Origin: Piromyces finnis finn
Lineage: Eukaryota; Fungi; Neocallimastigomycota
Direction of reading: 5' to 3'
Length of the DNA stretch: 64,000 nt
Assembly: GCA_002104945.1 (NCBI GenBank)
Contig: MCFH01000002.1
Coordinates: 372,001 to 436,000, forward strand
The notes beneath the pieces were generated by a model. It saw nothing but the letters and a program-made list of their open reading frames with translations. It made no database searches and had not been told where the DNA came from. Positions 1 through 18,811 of this stretch are shown piece after piece. Made by a program: the position numbers and the translations under genes. Numbering within the stretch: the stretch's first letter is position 1; each line of letters opens with the position of its first letter.

Positions 1-336
1 GCTGTCACCGATGATATATGTAATACTATTGCAAATAATTGTAAAAATTTAACTAGTTTAGGATTCCGTGGATGTGTTCAAATTACAGGTAAAAAATATA
101 TATATATTATTAAAATAATTCTCAATATTAATTCTATAATTATTCTTAAAATTATTTATATATAAATTACTCCTATGATATTAAAAGATGAGGGAATTGA
201 TATATTATTAAATAATAAATCAAATTTGAAAAAGATTAATTGTTCGCAATGTTCAAATATTTCAAATGAAAAAAGAAAATACATTGAAAGTAAAGGAATA
301 GAACTTTTAAATAATCAATTATTAATCGCATTTTGA
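1..336 (+). CDS. 3' end of a leucine-rich-repeat (AMN1/FBXL-type, Cys-containing LRR) protein; exons 1-88 and 188-336, intron 89-187
   Basis: Manual splice (ACAG|GTAAAA ... AAAAG|ATGAG) gives AVTDDICNTIANNCKNLTSLGFRGCVQITDEGIDILLNNKSNLKKINCSQCSNISNEKRKYIESKG...AF*; LxxLxLxxCxxITD pattern is typical of F-box/LRR proteins. 5' part lies outside the window. Confidence 0.8.
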
Positions 337-469
337 TTATAATATCACAAAATTTTTAAAATCCTACTATTATTTTCTTTATTCTCACGTAAATAATTTA
401 TATTTATATTTATAAATTAAGAAAGCCTTTAGAGTTTAAAATATAAATTAATATAAATAAATAAATAAA

Positions 470-500
<31 letters not shown>

Positions 501-896
501 ATTATATAATAAATAGAAATAAATATTATAAAAAAAGATAATATATATACAAAAAAAAATAAAAAATAAAAAATTCTACTCTTTATTTTTTTTTTTTTTT
601 TTTCTAATATTATTTTTTTTTATTTATTTACTTAATAATAATAAATGTAAATTAAATATTACTGATATATTTATATATATAATTTAAGATTATTGATATT
701 AATGTGGGATAATTATAAAGTATAGATAAAAATAATATATGATTAATTATAAATAAGATATAAAATACAATAAGAAAAAAAAAATAGGTCTTAAGATAGA
801 ATATTGATTTTAATTAATAAATATATAATAAATAATTATGAAAAAAAAAAAAAAAAGATTATATGTTAATGTTTGTTATAAAAAAAAAATAGTATT

Positions 897-3800
897 TTAA
901 TTTGATCCTTTAAAGAATTTTTTAAATCCAAAACCAAATGATTTCTTTGAATCTTTAATTTTGTCCTTATCTTTTTTAATTTTTTTACTTTCTGAGGTGA
1001 ATTTTGTTTTAGTGTCCTCTACTTCTTCAACAATTTTTTCGGTGATAATATTATCAGCATCTTTAAATGGTATATCATCATTTTCTGTAGCACGACTAGC
1101 TTCATCAATTGCTTCTAATATAGATCTATCTTCAGGTTCTTCTTCATACAAATTTTCAAAAATAGATAATTTATCATTATTGATATCCATTTTTTCCTTT
1201 ACATTATCTACTTTTTCATCAATTTCCTTTACTTCTGATGTATTTTTATCTTCTTTGATTTTTTCTCCAATTTTCTCAATACCTTCACTGGCTTTAGTTG
1301 CAGCAATTTCAATTCCATCCTTTATATTATTTCCTAATTCCTTTGATTTTTGACCTATACTCTTAAATCCATCTTTGGTTTTTTCACTAAGATTCTTTAA
1401 GATATTGTCAGTAAAACCAGAGGAATTAGTAGTTTCTTTAACATTGTCCTTAACATCATTTTCTAATTCTGTGGCTTTTTCTGAAATATTTTTTACTTCA
1501 CTATTTAAATCATTGTTTTGTTCCTCAAAATTAGTGGTATCTTTTACTTCATCTTTAACATCATTACTTATTTCTTTCACTTTATCTGTTACATCTTCAA
1601 CTGTATCTTTCGTATCATTTTTTAATTCCTTGGTTTTATGACCTAAATTATTAAATCCATCTTTAGTTTTTTCTCCAAGATTCTTTAATCCTTTACCAAC
1701 TTTACTTTCTCCAACTTTATCAGCTGTAGCTTCAATTCCATCCTTCATATCACTTCCTAATTCCTTTGTCTTACGACCTAAATTTTTAAGACCATCTTTG
1801 GTCTTTTCACCAAAGTTTTTAAGTTTATTACTACTATTGGTATCTTCTTTATCCTTTTCGCTTTTATTCTTTATACTATCTTTCATGTTATTTCCTAACT
1901 CTTTTGTTTTATGACCAATATTTTTAAATCCATCTTTAGTTTTTTCACTTAAACTCTTGAGCTTACTACTTGTGGCATGATGTTCTTTAGCATCATCTTC
2001 AACACTATTTTTTAATTCATTGGATTTTTCGGAAGTATTTTTAATATCATGTCCTAATTCTTTAGTTTTTTCTCCAAGTTTTTTTATTCCTTCACCTGCT
2101 TTACTTGTAGAATGATCTATTCCTTCTTTTATATCACTACCTATTTCTTTTGTTTTACGACCTAAACTCTTAAAACCGCCCTTGGTTTTTTCTCCAAAAC
2201 TTTTTAATTTACTTTTACTATTAATAGAATCAGCTTTATCTTTTATTTCTCCTTCTGGTTCATTGTTTTTATCTGAATTACTTATTATTCCATTCTTAAT
2301 TTCATTTCCTAATTCTTTAGTTTTACCTGGTATATTCTTTATACCATCTTTCATTTCACTACCTATTTCTACAGTCTTTTGTCCTAAATCTTTCAATCCA
2401 TCTTTGGTTTTTTCCCCAATATTTTTTGTAACTTTACCTACTTTACTTTCGCTAATCTTTTTAGTTGAATGATCAATACCACTTTTCATATTACTTCCAA
2501 TTTCCTTAGTTTTACTTCCTAAGCTTTTAAAACCATCTTTTGCTTTTTCACCAATACTTTTAAACTTACTTCCAGTTTTTTCATTTGAATTTTCAAACTC
2601 TTCTTTTACATCATTTTCAAATTTACTTGCTTTATCTGGAACACTTTTAATTTCATTCTTTATATCATTTTCTAATTCTTTTGAATTACGGTCAAGGCCT
2701 TTAATTTCATCTTGTGCTTTCTCAATATTTTTATTATCTTGATCATCTGTACTTTCACTTACTTTTTCAGCAATACTTCCGATACGATCTTTTATACCAC
2801 TACCAATCTTACTAGTTTTATTTGCAAAAGTTTTAATTCCATTCTTTGTCTTTTCACTGGCTTTATTAGTAACATTCTTTATATCATTACCAAAATCTTT
2901 TAATTCTTCTTTTGTTTTATTTTTAATATTATTTTGATCATCTTCTACTTTATTTTCGTCAATGACTTCATTTGATTTATCATTTTTCTTTTTATTTATG
3001 TTCTTTACCTTTTTAAATATATCAAACCCTTTTTTATTTTTTGGTGATGACTTTAATTCATTACTTTGATTTTCAGAGACATTTTTAATTTCTTCACCAA
3101 CGTTTTCCTTTTGTTTTGAAAACATATTACAACTGTTTACACTATTACTATATTCTGAACCAATAACTTTGTCTTCTAAAATATTTATTTCATTTGTTTC
3201 ATTCTTAATCATATCTTTTTCGTCATTATTATTTTCAATAATTACATTATATTCCTCCGATAATTGTTTTACTTTATTATTAATAATCTTTCTTTTTTCA
3301 TCTTCATCTAATTCTTTTTCTGGTTCATTTTCTGGTTCATTTTCTGGTTCATTTTCAGTTTCTTTTTCTTCTGATTTTTTTTCTGTTATATTATCACTTG
3401 AAAATAAAATCTTTGAATTATCATTAGTGTTAATTTGTTCTTCTATGGTATTAATAGAATTATCAGTATAATATGATTCTTCGATTAATGGAGAAAGTTT
3501 TAGCATTGTACCTGTTTTATTTCTATTGTTATTATTAATTCTTGAGTTATTTTGACTTGAACTACTCTGATTTCTATAATCATCTAATTGCTGATTATTA
3601 TTATCGAATGGATTATTATAACTATTTATATTACCTAATTAAAAAATATATCAAATTATAATTATTAATTTTTAAAAATCGTTATTATTAATATTTTATT
3701 ATTATTAATTTTTACCGTTAATTTTGGTTATTGAATGAGCATAAGAAGTATTATCTTCCTCTGGAGCTTTTCCTTTACCCTTACTTTTTCTTTGTGGTTT

Positions 3801-5012
3801 ATATAATACATATTGAACCTTGGCCTTAATCTTATTTGAAGCACTTGAGTTTCTTCTAATTAATTCTTCTTCTGCTTCTTCTTTCATTCTTTGGCGGCGT
3901 GCTTCTTTAACTAAAGCACGAGCTTCATCATTCATTGGCATATTTTTATAACCCTTAATAACCTCCCTTGCCATATTATCACCATTTATAGCTGCTTCTC
4001 TATAATACTTCATTGCAACATCTGGTTGTTTTGGGCATCCACCTTTACCGTCTTCAATATACTTTGCTAAACAATACATTGAACCGGCATGACCTTTGGT
4101 AGCTGCTGTTTTAAAACATTGTAATGCTTTCTCTTCATCACGTTCAATTACACCACCAAAACCGGAATCATAAAATAAACCTAGACAATATTCAGCCTCA
4201 ATATTACCTACTTCTCTTGCATCTTCGATAACATCAATTAATTGTTCTTCGGCCGCAAACATATCAACCTTATATCCTGCATTTGATAAATCACTATTCA
4301 TATTCCATACATAATTATCTTCTTCTTCATACATTTTATTCCACATATTTGAAACTTCTTTATCTACATTACATCCGAGAATACCTTTTGCATAGCATAC
4401 TGATAACTTTTTCATAGCTTTTGGAAATTTTTTATTGGCTGATATTGTATATAATTCAAGAGCTTTACTAGTATTTTGAGCTATACCAAAACCATTTTCG
4501 AAACAATGACCAAGATAATATTCGACACCACCAAAATCATTATTAGCCTTATATTTAATGGCACGTTTAAACCAAAATACAGCTTTTTCAAAATCTGGGT
4601 TTACTTTATAATAGCCTAGAAAAAAAATACCCATTAAATACATAGCTAATGGATGTTTTTCTTTAGCTGCCCAAGTAACAATATTTGTTATAATATTCGC
4701 TGGTTCTAATTCATATCCCTTTTTAGTATTGTAAGTATTTATTTTTATATATTTAATTTTTAAAATATATTTGCATAAGAGATTTTAGGGAAAAAAAAAT
4801 ACATATATTATCACATTAATACACATATTTTAAAAAAAAATTTTAATATGAATTATTCCATATATTCTAATTTACAATTATAAAATAATTGTTTTGTTAT
4901 CTACCTTTATTTTTTTTTTCTCTTCAGGGTTCTTTTTTGGTAATTTTATTTTTTCATTATCTTTTATTACATTTTGAGATATTTGTTGTTGATTAATTAT
5001 TTCTGAAGACAT
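897..5012 (-). CDS. SEL1-repeat protein with long C-terminal Lys/Glu-rich amphipathic repeat tail (joins ORFs 3705-4643 and 897-3506 via intron 3635-3715; probable first exon 4905-5012)
   Basis: ORF 3705-4643 has about 6 SEL1 repeats (e.g. AEYCLGLFYDSGFGGVIERDEEKALQCFKTAATKGH). An 81-nt phase-1 GT-AG intron (AAC G|GTAAAA...AATTAG|GT AAT) puts it in frame with GNINSYNNPF...KTGTMLKLSP, the start of the 869-aa ORF. Upstream ATG at 5012 (MSSEIINQQQ...KKKIK|GTAG) is less certain. Confidence 0.75.
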
Positions 5013-7103
5013 CTTTTATTTCAAAAATTTAATTTGTTATTCAAAATATAAATGTTTAAATGATTTCAATATATTTATAAATATAAAAGCCAAGTTAAAT
5101 TTTTGTTTGTTTTCAATTTAACTTTTTTAATTTTATTATTAATCCCTATTATTTTTAATAAAAAATAAATTCTGATTTTCTTTTTAATTTTGTTTTAAAT
5201 TTAATTATTGAAAAAATACATTATAAAAATTTCAATTCTATGGCTTTTTTTTTTTTTTGAAATTTTTATAATATATATAATAATAAGTATAAACTTTTTT
5301 TTTAATTTAAGGAATAATTATATGATTGTAATTGATAGAATTTGTTCTTTAATTTTAATTAATTATGAAAGATTTTGATTATTGTATAATTTGAAAATTA
5401 TTAGATAGTTTGGCCACTTTAAATTTTATTTTAATATTCTTATATGATTATGTAATATTTCCTTTTCTTTTTGCTTTGGTATTTTATGTACATTTAATAG
5501 TTTACTATTTCATTTATATAAATATACTTTTTTATAACAAACAATTAAACAATCTTTTTTTTTTTTTTTGATATTAAGAATAAAATATATATAAGGAAAG
5601 GAAAGGAATAAAAGGTAAAAAGGAAAAATTAATAAATGACTTTATTTAATTTTAATATTAAATATATAAATATATAATATATTACAATATATTATATAAT
5701 TTATTATTCAATTATTAAAATAAAAATATTAATATTAAAAATATTAAATTTTATGTAACAATTTTTATCACTCTAAATATAATAGAATGATAATAATATG
5801 ATGATAATTAATATTTATTAATATAATAATTAGTATAATAAATAATATAATAATTAGAATTATAATACTACAATAATACTATATCTATTATTAATAATTA
5901 CTTTTATAAAAGTTTTATAATCAAATAATTATTTCTTATTTTTACCTCCAAAAAAGTTACATTAATGTTTTTTTCATCCTATAAAAAAATTATGTTAGTT
6001 AATTCATAATATATTTTATAATATAAATATTTATTTTGATTATATTAAATCAATATATTTAATAAACGGTATTAATTTATTGTAATATATACTACTAAAA
6101 AGTTTTAATATAAAAAATAACACTTGATAGTATTAATAAATATATAAAAATTTTTTTGTGTAATGTTTTAAAATAATTTTAAATGTCAAAATGATATATC
6201 ATAAAATATTATTAAATAAAGTTTATATTTAATTTTAATTAATATAAATTTTATTAATAAAATGTTTACATAAAATAGGCAATTTGAATGCATGTGAAAT
6301 AAATTAAATATACCTTTCATGTTAAAATTCAAGTTTTTATCGAGGTGTATGGGTGTTCTTAATTCACTTATTTTCATACTGACCTTAGCCTAATGAGGAT
6401 ATATATTATTATAAGATATATATTATAATTATTGTTTATATTTGATTATTTAAATTGGTACATTTAAAATTATATTATTTTTTTATTCAAAACTACAACA
6501 GTATTTTATTGAAATACTTTTTTTTTAATTAAATGTAATAAAGTGGCATTTATATACTAAAATAACTTTAATTTCAATGTATATCAATTAAATATAAAAT
6601 ATAAAAATAATGATTTTATAAATGTTATAATAATTAGTAATTTTTTTTCTTACTTAAATGTTTCTTTTTTCTTTTTACTTTTATGTTAAATAAAGCAAGA
6701 TCAATAATTATTAATAAAAGTTAAATATCATTTTCATTACACCATATTAAAAAAAAAAAAAAAAAAAAAGGGATTTAAAATATTCTACTAAAATATTCTT
6801 TTTTGTAAATTAAAAAATTAATATATATATTTTAAATCATTGTAATAAAAAAAGTTTAAATACCATTAATATTTAATAAATATGATAAGATTTTTAATTC
6901 TTTATTGGCAAATCATAGATGTGAATTATAATATTATTACATTTATTTTACTTTTTGATAAAGATGTTTTTGTTTTTATATATTTAAATATAATTTTTAT
7001 TTTATTTTTTTTTTAGTAATTTCATGAATTTATAGTATTTATGATATTATTTATATAATTTAAATTGGTATAAGGTTGTTGTTGTTGTTGTTGTTTTTGT
7101 TGT

Positions 7104-7353
7104 TTATGCTTCTGAGGATTTTTCTCGTTCCCAAACCTTTATTATTCCACTATTACAGCATGTAATTATCTATGAAATTTTAAAAATTATTTATAATAAT
7201 AACAATATTATGAATAGATTAATATTTAAATTATTAATATTTTAATAATACATTACAAAAAGGTAATTAATAATATTATATACCATATTTTCTTTTATAT
7301 CAAGTTCACAAATAGCAGAATCATATATACTTTTAGACTATAATAAATTTAAA

Positions 7354-7410
<57 letters not shown>

Positions 7411-9681
7411 CTTACTACTAATGGTATAACATTAGAAACTTCGTTTCTTGGTAAAACTTCATGATCTACTGAAACAATGGTTTTTTCTAAATCTACCTTT
7501 GATTTTCTAAAAGATTTCTATTATTTTTTTTATTTTTTATGAAAAGAGGTATATGTAAAATAATAATGATTTTTTTTATAATTATTAATAGGTATATTTG
7601 GGAACATCAATAGGATTATTGTATTATTAATAATTAACATACACTTCTTGGCCGAGGAATAGTATTAACACTAAATTCCCAAAGTAATAATTTGGCATCT
7701 TCACCAACACTTCCAAATCTATAACATCTATTAATCGAATTTGTTTTATCAAACATAATTGAATTAATCCATGAAGAATGGCCTTGACAACGTGCAACAA
7801 TATTTCCTTTATATGCCCATACAGATACTAAATCATCTTGTCCACCAGTAACAATAAATTTACCATCTGGACTCCAATCAACACATAGCATACCACCAAA
7901 ATAACTATGATATATATCACATAATCTTTAAATTTATATTAATATATATATATATTAGTTATTTAAAATAAATACATTGTGGTAGTATGTCATATTTATT
8001 CAATAAAGCCTTTTATTTTCTAATAATAATAAAAAAAAAAACTTACTGATTTGATGAATAATCAATAATTTTTAATGTTCCATCCATAGACGTTATGGCT
8101 ATATGATCAAGTTCCGGTGAAAATGAACAAGCTAAAAAGATATTCCAATTTTTTATATAATTGATTTTATTTAATATATGGTATTATAATATTTCTAGAA
8201 TTTATTTGTTATTTAAATTTTTCATTCTTACCAGTTATTTTTTTATCTGAAACTTTCCACCATTGATTTGGATTAGTTTCTGATAAATATTTATATGAGA
8301 AAAAGCTTATATAATAATATAATCAAAAAGTATATATTGTATATATTATATAACAATTTAAAAAAAAAAAAGTATTTTTAGTAATTTTACTTCTCTCTAT
8401 TTCTTTATATAAAATATATTGATGTTTACTTGTTATAATTAACTGGTACATCTGGTGGATTAAATGGAGTGGTATCTTCTTTGTCTTTATCAAATACCAT
8501 AACAACACCATTATTAAATGCAGCAATAAATTCATTTTCACTTTCTGGAATCCATTTAATTGCTGTACATGATGCTCTATTTAAACAACCATTTCTGTTG
8601 TATCTAGTATACTTTCCTGAAATTGGATTATATAGTATGATATCACCAGTATTAAAACCTTAAAAGTAAAATATTTAATGGGATTTCAAAAACAAAATAT
8701 AAAAGTATATATAATAATATTATTAATAATTAATTAGTTTTTTATTAAATATATAATATATTAGTTTTATATAAAAAGTACCTATGACAACATCAACTGA
8801 ACTAATATCTTTAGTAACTAAATTAACATCATGACATACAGGGAAAGCTTCATTGAAACAAATGCATGATAATGTAGTCTATTATTGAAATAAGATATAT
8901 TTTGATTAGTCACAACCGAGAAAAGGTTGTAAAATTTATTTTTGAAATTTTCTTTATTATTTTACCTTTGGTTTTAAATTATAATCTACTAAAAAGAAAC
9001 TTAAACCAATACTGAAGAATAAATATTCATTATTAGGTTTATTAATTTTACTTGTTAAAATTTTTGCTAATTTATCATTAGCAACGATTTTTAAAACGAA
9101 ATTATCTTTTATTGTACTTTTTTGTGGTCTTGGTTTAGCATTCTTTGGTTTTGCTATTAATATTAATTATATTTAAAATTTATATATATTTCTTAATATT
9201 TAATATGATTACAATATCTATATTGAATAGTATAATAATTCAATTAATATAAACAATACTATTAAAATTAATTAATACCTTCTGAGCATGGAATTTCAAT
9301 AAATTTTGTATCACCTTGTGTTGAATCATCTTGACCAAAATTTTTTTTGTTTAAAGATTCGGAGGAAGAGTTTCTAATTTCCACACTATCAGCATCGTAT
9401 GGTCTAGACTTTTTATTTTTTGGCTTTCTTTTTTCTTTTGGTTTTTTGAAATTTTCCCTAAGTTTATAAACATCTTCTACTTGATTGACAATTAAATCAT
9501 TAGACGATGAATCAACGGTGATAAGTGAAAAGGAAGGTAAATAATATTGATGTGGTTGAATGTCAAATTGAATTTCATCATTTAATTGATAATTATTTCC
9601 ATTTAATCCATGAAATGAATTTACAACATCTTTTCTCACTAATTGTTGAATAGAGGACGATGACGAACGTGCACTTTTCAT
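7104..9681 (-). CDS. creC: WD40 protein, CreC/WDR20/DMWD family (carbon catabolite repression deubiquitinase cofactor), multi-exon
   Basis: Spliced exons read ...CHDVNLVTKDISSVDVVIGFNTGDIILYNPISGKYTRYNKNGCLNRASCTAIKWIPESENEFIAAFNNGVVMVFDKDKED..., CVDWSPDGKFIVTGGQDDLVSVW...GHSSWINSIMFD...YRFGSVGEDAKLLLWEF, last exon IITCCNSGIIKVWER...*; these match CreC/WDR20 hallmark blocks as I recall them. Confidence 0.88.
7353..7410. repeat. (ATT)n microsatellite inside a creC intron
   Basis: Continuous ATT run visible at about 7353-7410. Confidence 0.9.
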
Positions 9682-10559
9682 TATACCTTTTTATTTTTAA
9701 TTTTTATTTTTTATTTTATTTTTATTATTTTTTTTAAATTTTTACTTATCTTGTTTGGTTTGTTTTTTGTAAATATTTGTAAATAGAAAAAAAAAAAAAA
9801 AAAAAAAAAAAAACAGAGTAATATTATTAAAGTATTTAGAGGTTATTCCAAAAAATAAAAACTTTTTGTTAAATATACTTTAATTAATACAAAAACTGTT
9901 TTCAATTATTTGAGAATATTATATTTTCTTTTTCTTTTTTCGTTAATTATTAAATAGTTAAAAATGAAATTATTTTCTTTATTTATTATTAATATTATTT
10001 TTAAATATCCGAAGCGTATTATTTTACTATTGTTATTGATATTATTAGTATATAATGTATGAATTTATAATAACATTTTTTTTTTCTATTTGATATTATA
10101 TATTCTAATATGGATAATTGATAATAATAATAAATACATTTAAATTATATACAACAATAAAAAAAATAATAATTTCGAATTTAAAATATTAAATTGAAAT
10201 TTCAATATCTTAATTTGAAATCTGTTTTTTTTTTTTATTTTATTTTATTTTATTCTTTATTTTTTTTATTTAACTAATTTTATTTTGTTAAAATGTTTTG
10301 ATATAAATTTATTTATAAAAATTTTATAAATTATATAATTTAAAATTATCAAAAAAAAAAAATTTTTTTTTATATAAAAAAAAAATAATAAAAGATAAAA
10401 GCAAACTTTGAATGCATATATGATTTATTAATTATTCTCATAATATAGAAATGAAGATAAAAATAAAAAAGTCTATATAATATTGAATATAAAAGATAAA
10501 ATATGTTAAACTTTTATAAGGTAAAAAAAAAACAAAAGAAAAAAAGTTTGGTATTATAT

Positions 10560-13539
10560 TTAATCTAATAATCCTTCATCTGTAAATAAAGTATATCCTA
10601 GTGTTCTTAATACACATAAAATATCATCACTAATACCATAAGAATTATTAAATTGTTCTTCCGAATAAGATATTGAAGTAGAAGAATCCATATAAGGTCT
10701 CATAATATAATTTTTTGTTTTTCTATATCTTTGACTGTCAAAATGAGATAGACTAGTGCCAGTTAAATAAGTTGGTGGTGTATACAAAACTAACCAATTT
10801 ACATAAAGCTTGGAACTTTTCCACATATTAACTTCTTCTTGTTGTAGTTCTTGTTCTTGATTTTCTATTTCTCTGTAGTCATCAATTTCTGTTATATTTT
10901 CACTATTATTTTCAATATCATCTTGAATTATATCACTGGTTTCAACAGGAATTGTAGAAACCGGTTTTTTCTTACTTGTCTTTGCCATTTTAAAACGTTT
11001 ATTTTTATTGATTTTTTTATTACTATTAAAATATTTTTTCTTTAAAGTAGGTCTTACAAGAGATTGACTCATTTGTAAAGAACTAGTTAAATTATATGGT
11101 GCAGCACACCAAAAAGTTACTGATTCAGGAGTTGTCATAATTTTATGAACTTTTCTAGCAACATCATAACTAGCTGAATCTTTGAAGTATTTATAAAGGT
11201 GTGATTTAAATGGATATTCTGGGAAATGTTTAAAATCTTCAACTATTTTTTTTTGATAAGAAGATATCCATTCACCATCAATATGATTTGCCTTAAATTT
11301 TCAATTGAAGTAATATAATAATAATAAAAGAAATAAAAAAATATTTAATAAAATCATTTTTAATATTATTAAAAGAAATACTGTATTTTTAAAAAATAAT
11401 TATATAGATATATTAATTTATTAAAAATTTACAATATATTTATTAAATATATATGGTTTTTCCATCACACCATAATCACCACTGGTAGGAGAAAGTGTTA
11501 TATCAGCAGGTAATAAAATATCATCAGTGTTATCAAACCAATTATACCAAGATGATAAAAATCCTAATCCATGAAGAAGTTCATGTAATACGGTTTGTTC
11601 TAAATTATATTTTTTTCCCTTTTCACTTCCATCATAATCCCATGAAAAATCTGAATTAAATAGTACCATAATATCAGATTCAGTTTCAATTCCTGTTAAC
11701 TGTTTCATTAAAGCTGATGGATAACTATAATCACTATCGAGATCTTCAGTGTTTTCAACATCAACAACTTCTTGTTGTCTTGCTTTACGATGAACTTGTT
11801 TAGTTGATTTGGGTTGATCCTTTGAACTATCTTTCGATACTGAATCATTACTATCATTATCCTTGGTATTATCATTCAAAGTACTATATTGGGAATAGTG
11901 TTGTGTTAAACCCTCTGCATTTTTATAACTAAAGTATGGTGTATTGAAAATACCTGTAGTATTTGAAAATGTATACATATCATAATGATCACTTCTTTTT
12001 TCTAGTTTTGTTTTTTCGTTGTTTTTTTGTTGGATTTTATTAGTTTTTGAAGTTTCCTCCTTTTTTACTTTGGATATTTTCTCTGATTCTTCATCTCCAG
12101 ATTCACTCCTTGTATAATAACTTTTGTTTTCATCTTCGTCTTTATTATCTTTTATAACATAAAAATAGCTTGGAGCTGCAGATCCCATCACAGTAGAATG
12201 ACAATTTGAATTATGATTGCAAAAACTATAATAATAGATATATACAAAAATAGAATATTTGAAATTTATTAATTTAACAAATCTTTCTCCTGCACTTTCG
12301 AATACTTTCAATGCCTTTTCGCATATACTGTTTTCATCATCACAAAAATAATAAAAAATAAAACTTTTGTCATCATCACTATAATCCATGGTTTGCTCCT
12401 TTTCTTATTATTTTTATTATAATAGTAAAATTTCATTATAAAATAGATTGTTGATTATTGTAACATAGTATCATTAAAATGTATAGTATAATATTAATAT
12501 AGTATAATACATAATACAATATATATAGTATAATAATACAATATATATAATATAGTATAATATAATAAAATTAATAACATAAATTATAATAGAATGATAA
12601 TAATAATAATAATATCATTATTATATAAATAATGAATTGATTACTCTAAAATAATTAAATTATAATTTTTATTATTATTCTATATATATATGTAAAACTT
12701 TTATTTAAATTACTTTTTTCATTATCAGCTCTTGAAGTTCGAGAATTTATAGGTTCCTCTAACGAATTTTTAACTTTTTTTTTCAAATATCTAACTTTAT
12801 TTAATTCTTTATTTTTTATATAATCTTCATAGTCATAATCAATTAATGGAAATGTTTTAGCGTCCTTTAAACTATCACTATTTAATAATTCATTTCCTCT
12901 TATCAAAAAACGTTTTATTTTTTGATCTTCTTTATTTCTAAATGGAATAGAAACTTTAACAATATTGTGTTCTAAACTAATATTTTTAGGATAATTATTA
13001 AAGTTTTCCTCGGTAAAATATTGAGTTTCGTTTTGGTATAATTCAGTAAGAATAGGATCATCAAATTGACGTTTACTAGATCTTTTTTTATTTGCTTCAG
13101 CTATATCCTCTGAAACATACTTTGGAAACCCTTTCATCAAAGATTCCGGATTTAAAGCATATCGTTTGTATTTATTATGTTCTTCATAATTATTTTTCTT
13201 TTTATTGGTTTTACCTTTTTTAATATTCGATGAAGATTGCTGATGAATTAATTCTTGATACTCCTTATTATTTTCTAAATATTTTAATGATCGGGTATAA
13301 CTCCAGGTAGAAAATCTTTTTTCATATTCTTCTTCTTTCTTTCTTAATTCTTCCTCTTTATCATACGTAGTATTATTTATAAATTCCGAAAACATTTTTT
13401 TATAAAATTTTAAAACCGATTCTACCTTTTCAATATATATATTTTTATCATGTTCAGGCAATAGTAATCCATGAATCGTTGGATTTTTTAATAAAAATAT
13501 TGATATAAATAGTAATGCATTCTTTTTATGAAACCTCAT
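10560..13539 (-). CDS. Secreted zinc metallopeptidase, paralog A (HExxH; leishmanolysin/metzincin-like), 3 exons
   Basis: Signal peptide MRFHKKNALLFISIFLLKNPTIHG; HELLHGLGF at 11571-11585 region; later GTSLSHFD...YIMRP. Exons about 13539-12719, 12406-11433, 11291-10560; intron 11292-11432 is GT-AG phase 0 (KYI|ANHIDGEW). Confidence 0.8.
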
Positions 13540-14104
13540 TTTTTATATGTATATATTTTAATTATAAAAAAAATAAATACTCTAATTAAATGCTAATAGT
13601 AGTAATTCTAACTATAAAAAAAAAGGTATAATTTAAAGTTTTCTTTCGCACATAAATAAATTTTCAAATATTTTTATTTAATCATAGGAATTTTATTAAA
13701 AAAAATTTTTAAATGTCAGTGCCATTATTCATCAAAAAGAAAAAGTTTAAAAAATGGAAAATTAAATAATTTAAACTTTAAAAATTTTAATTATTATCTT
13801 TTTTGTATTATTAAACAGAATAATTCTTTTTCAAGATATAGTATATATAATAATATTTATATATTTTTTATTATTAAAAATAAGATTAGGTATAATATCT
13901 TTTTTTTTATATTTTATTTTATTTCTTTTCTTTTTTTTTCGTTTTACAAAATTAAATATATTACTGATGTGTAAAGTGAAATAATTATATAATATGATAT
14001 GATAAAAAAAATAATATATGCATATATAAAAAAGTATAATAGAGATATATAATAAATTAAAATTAAAATTTCAAAGTTTCTAAGATAATATTAATTTATG
14101 ATAA

Positions 14105-18811
<4,707 letters not shown>

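Noticed and set aside
961-3471. Six + strand Ser/Phe/Leu-rich ORFs
   Set aside because: Antisense shadows of the Lys/Glu-rich minus-strand CDS.
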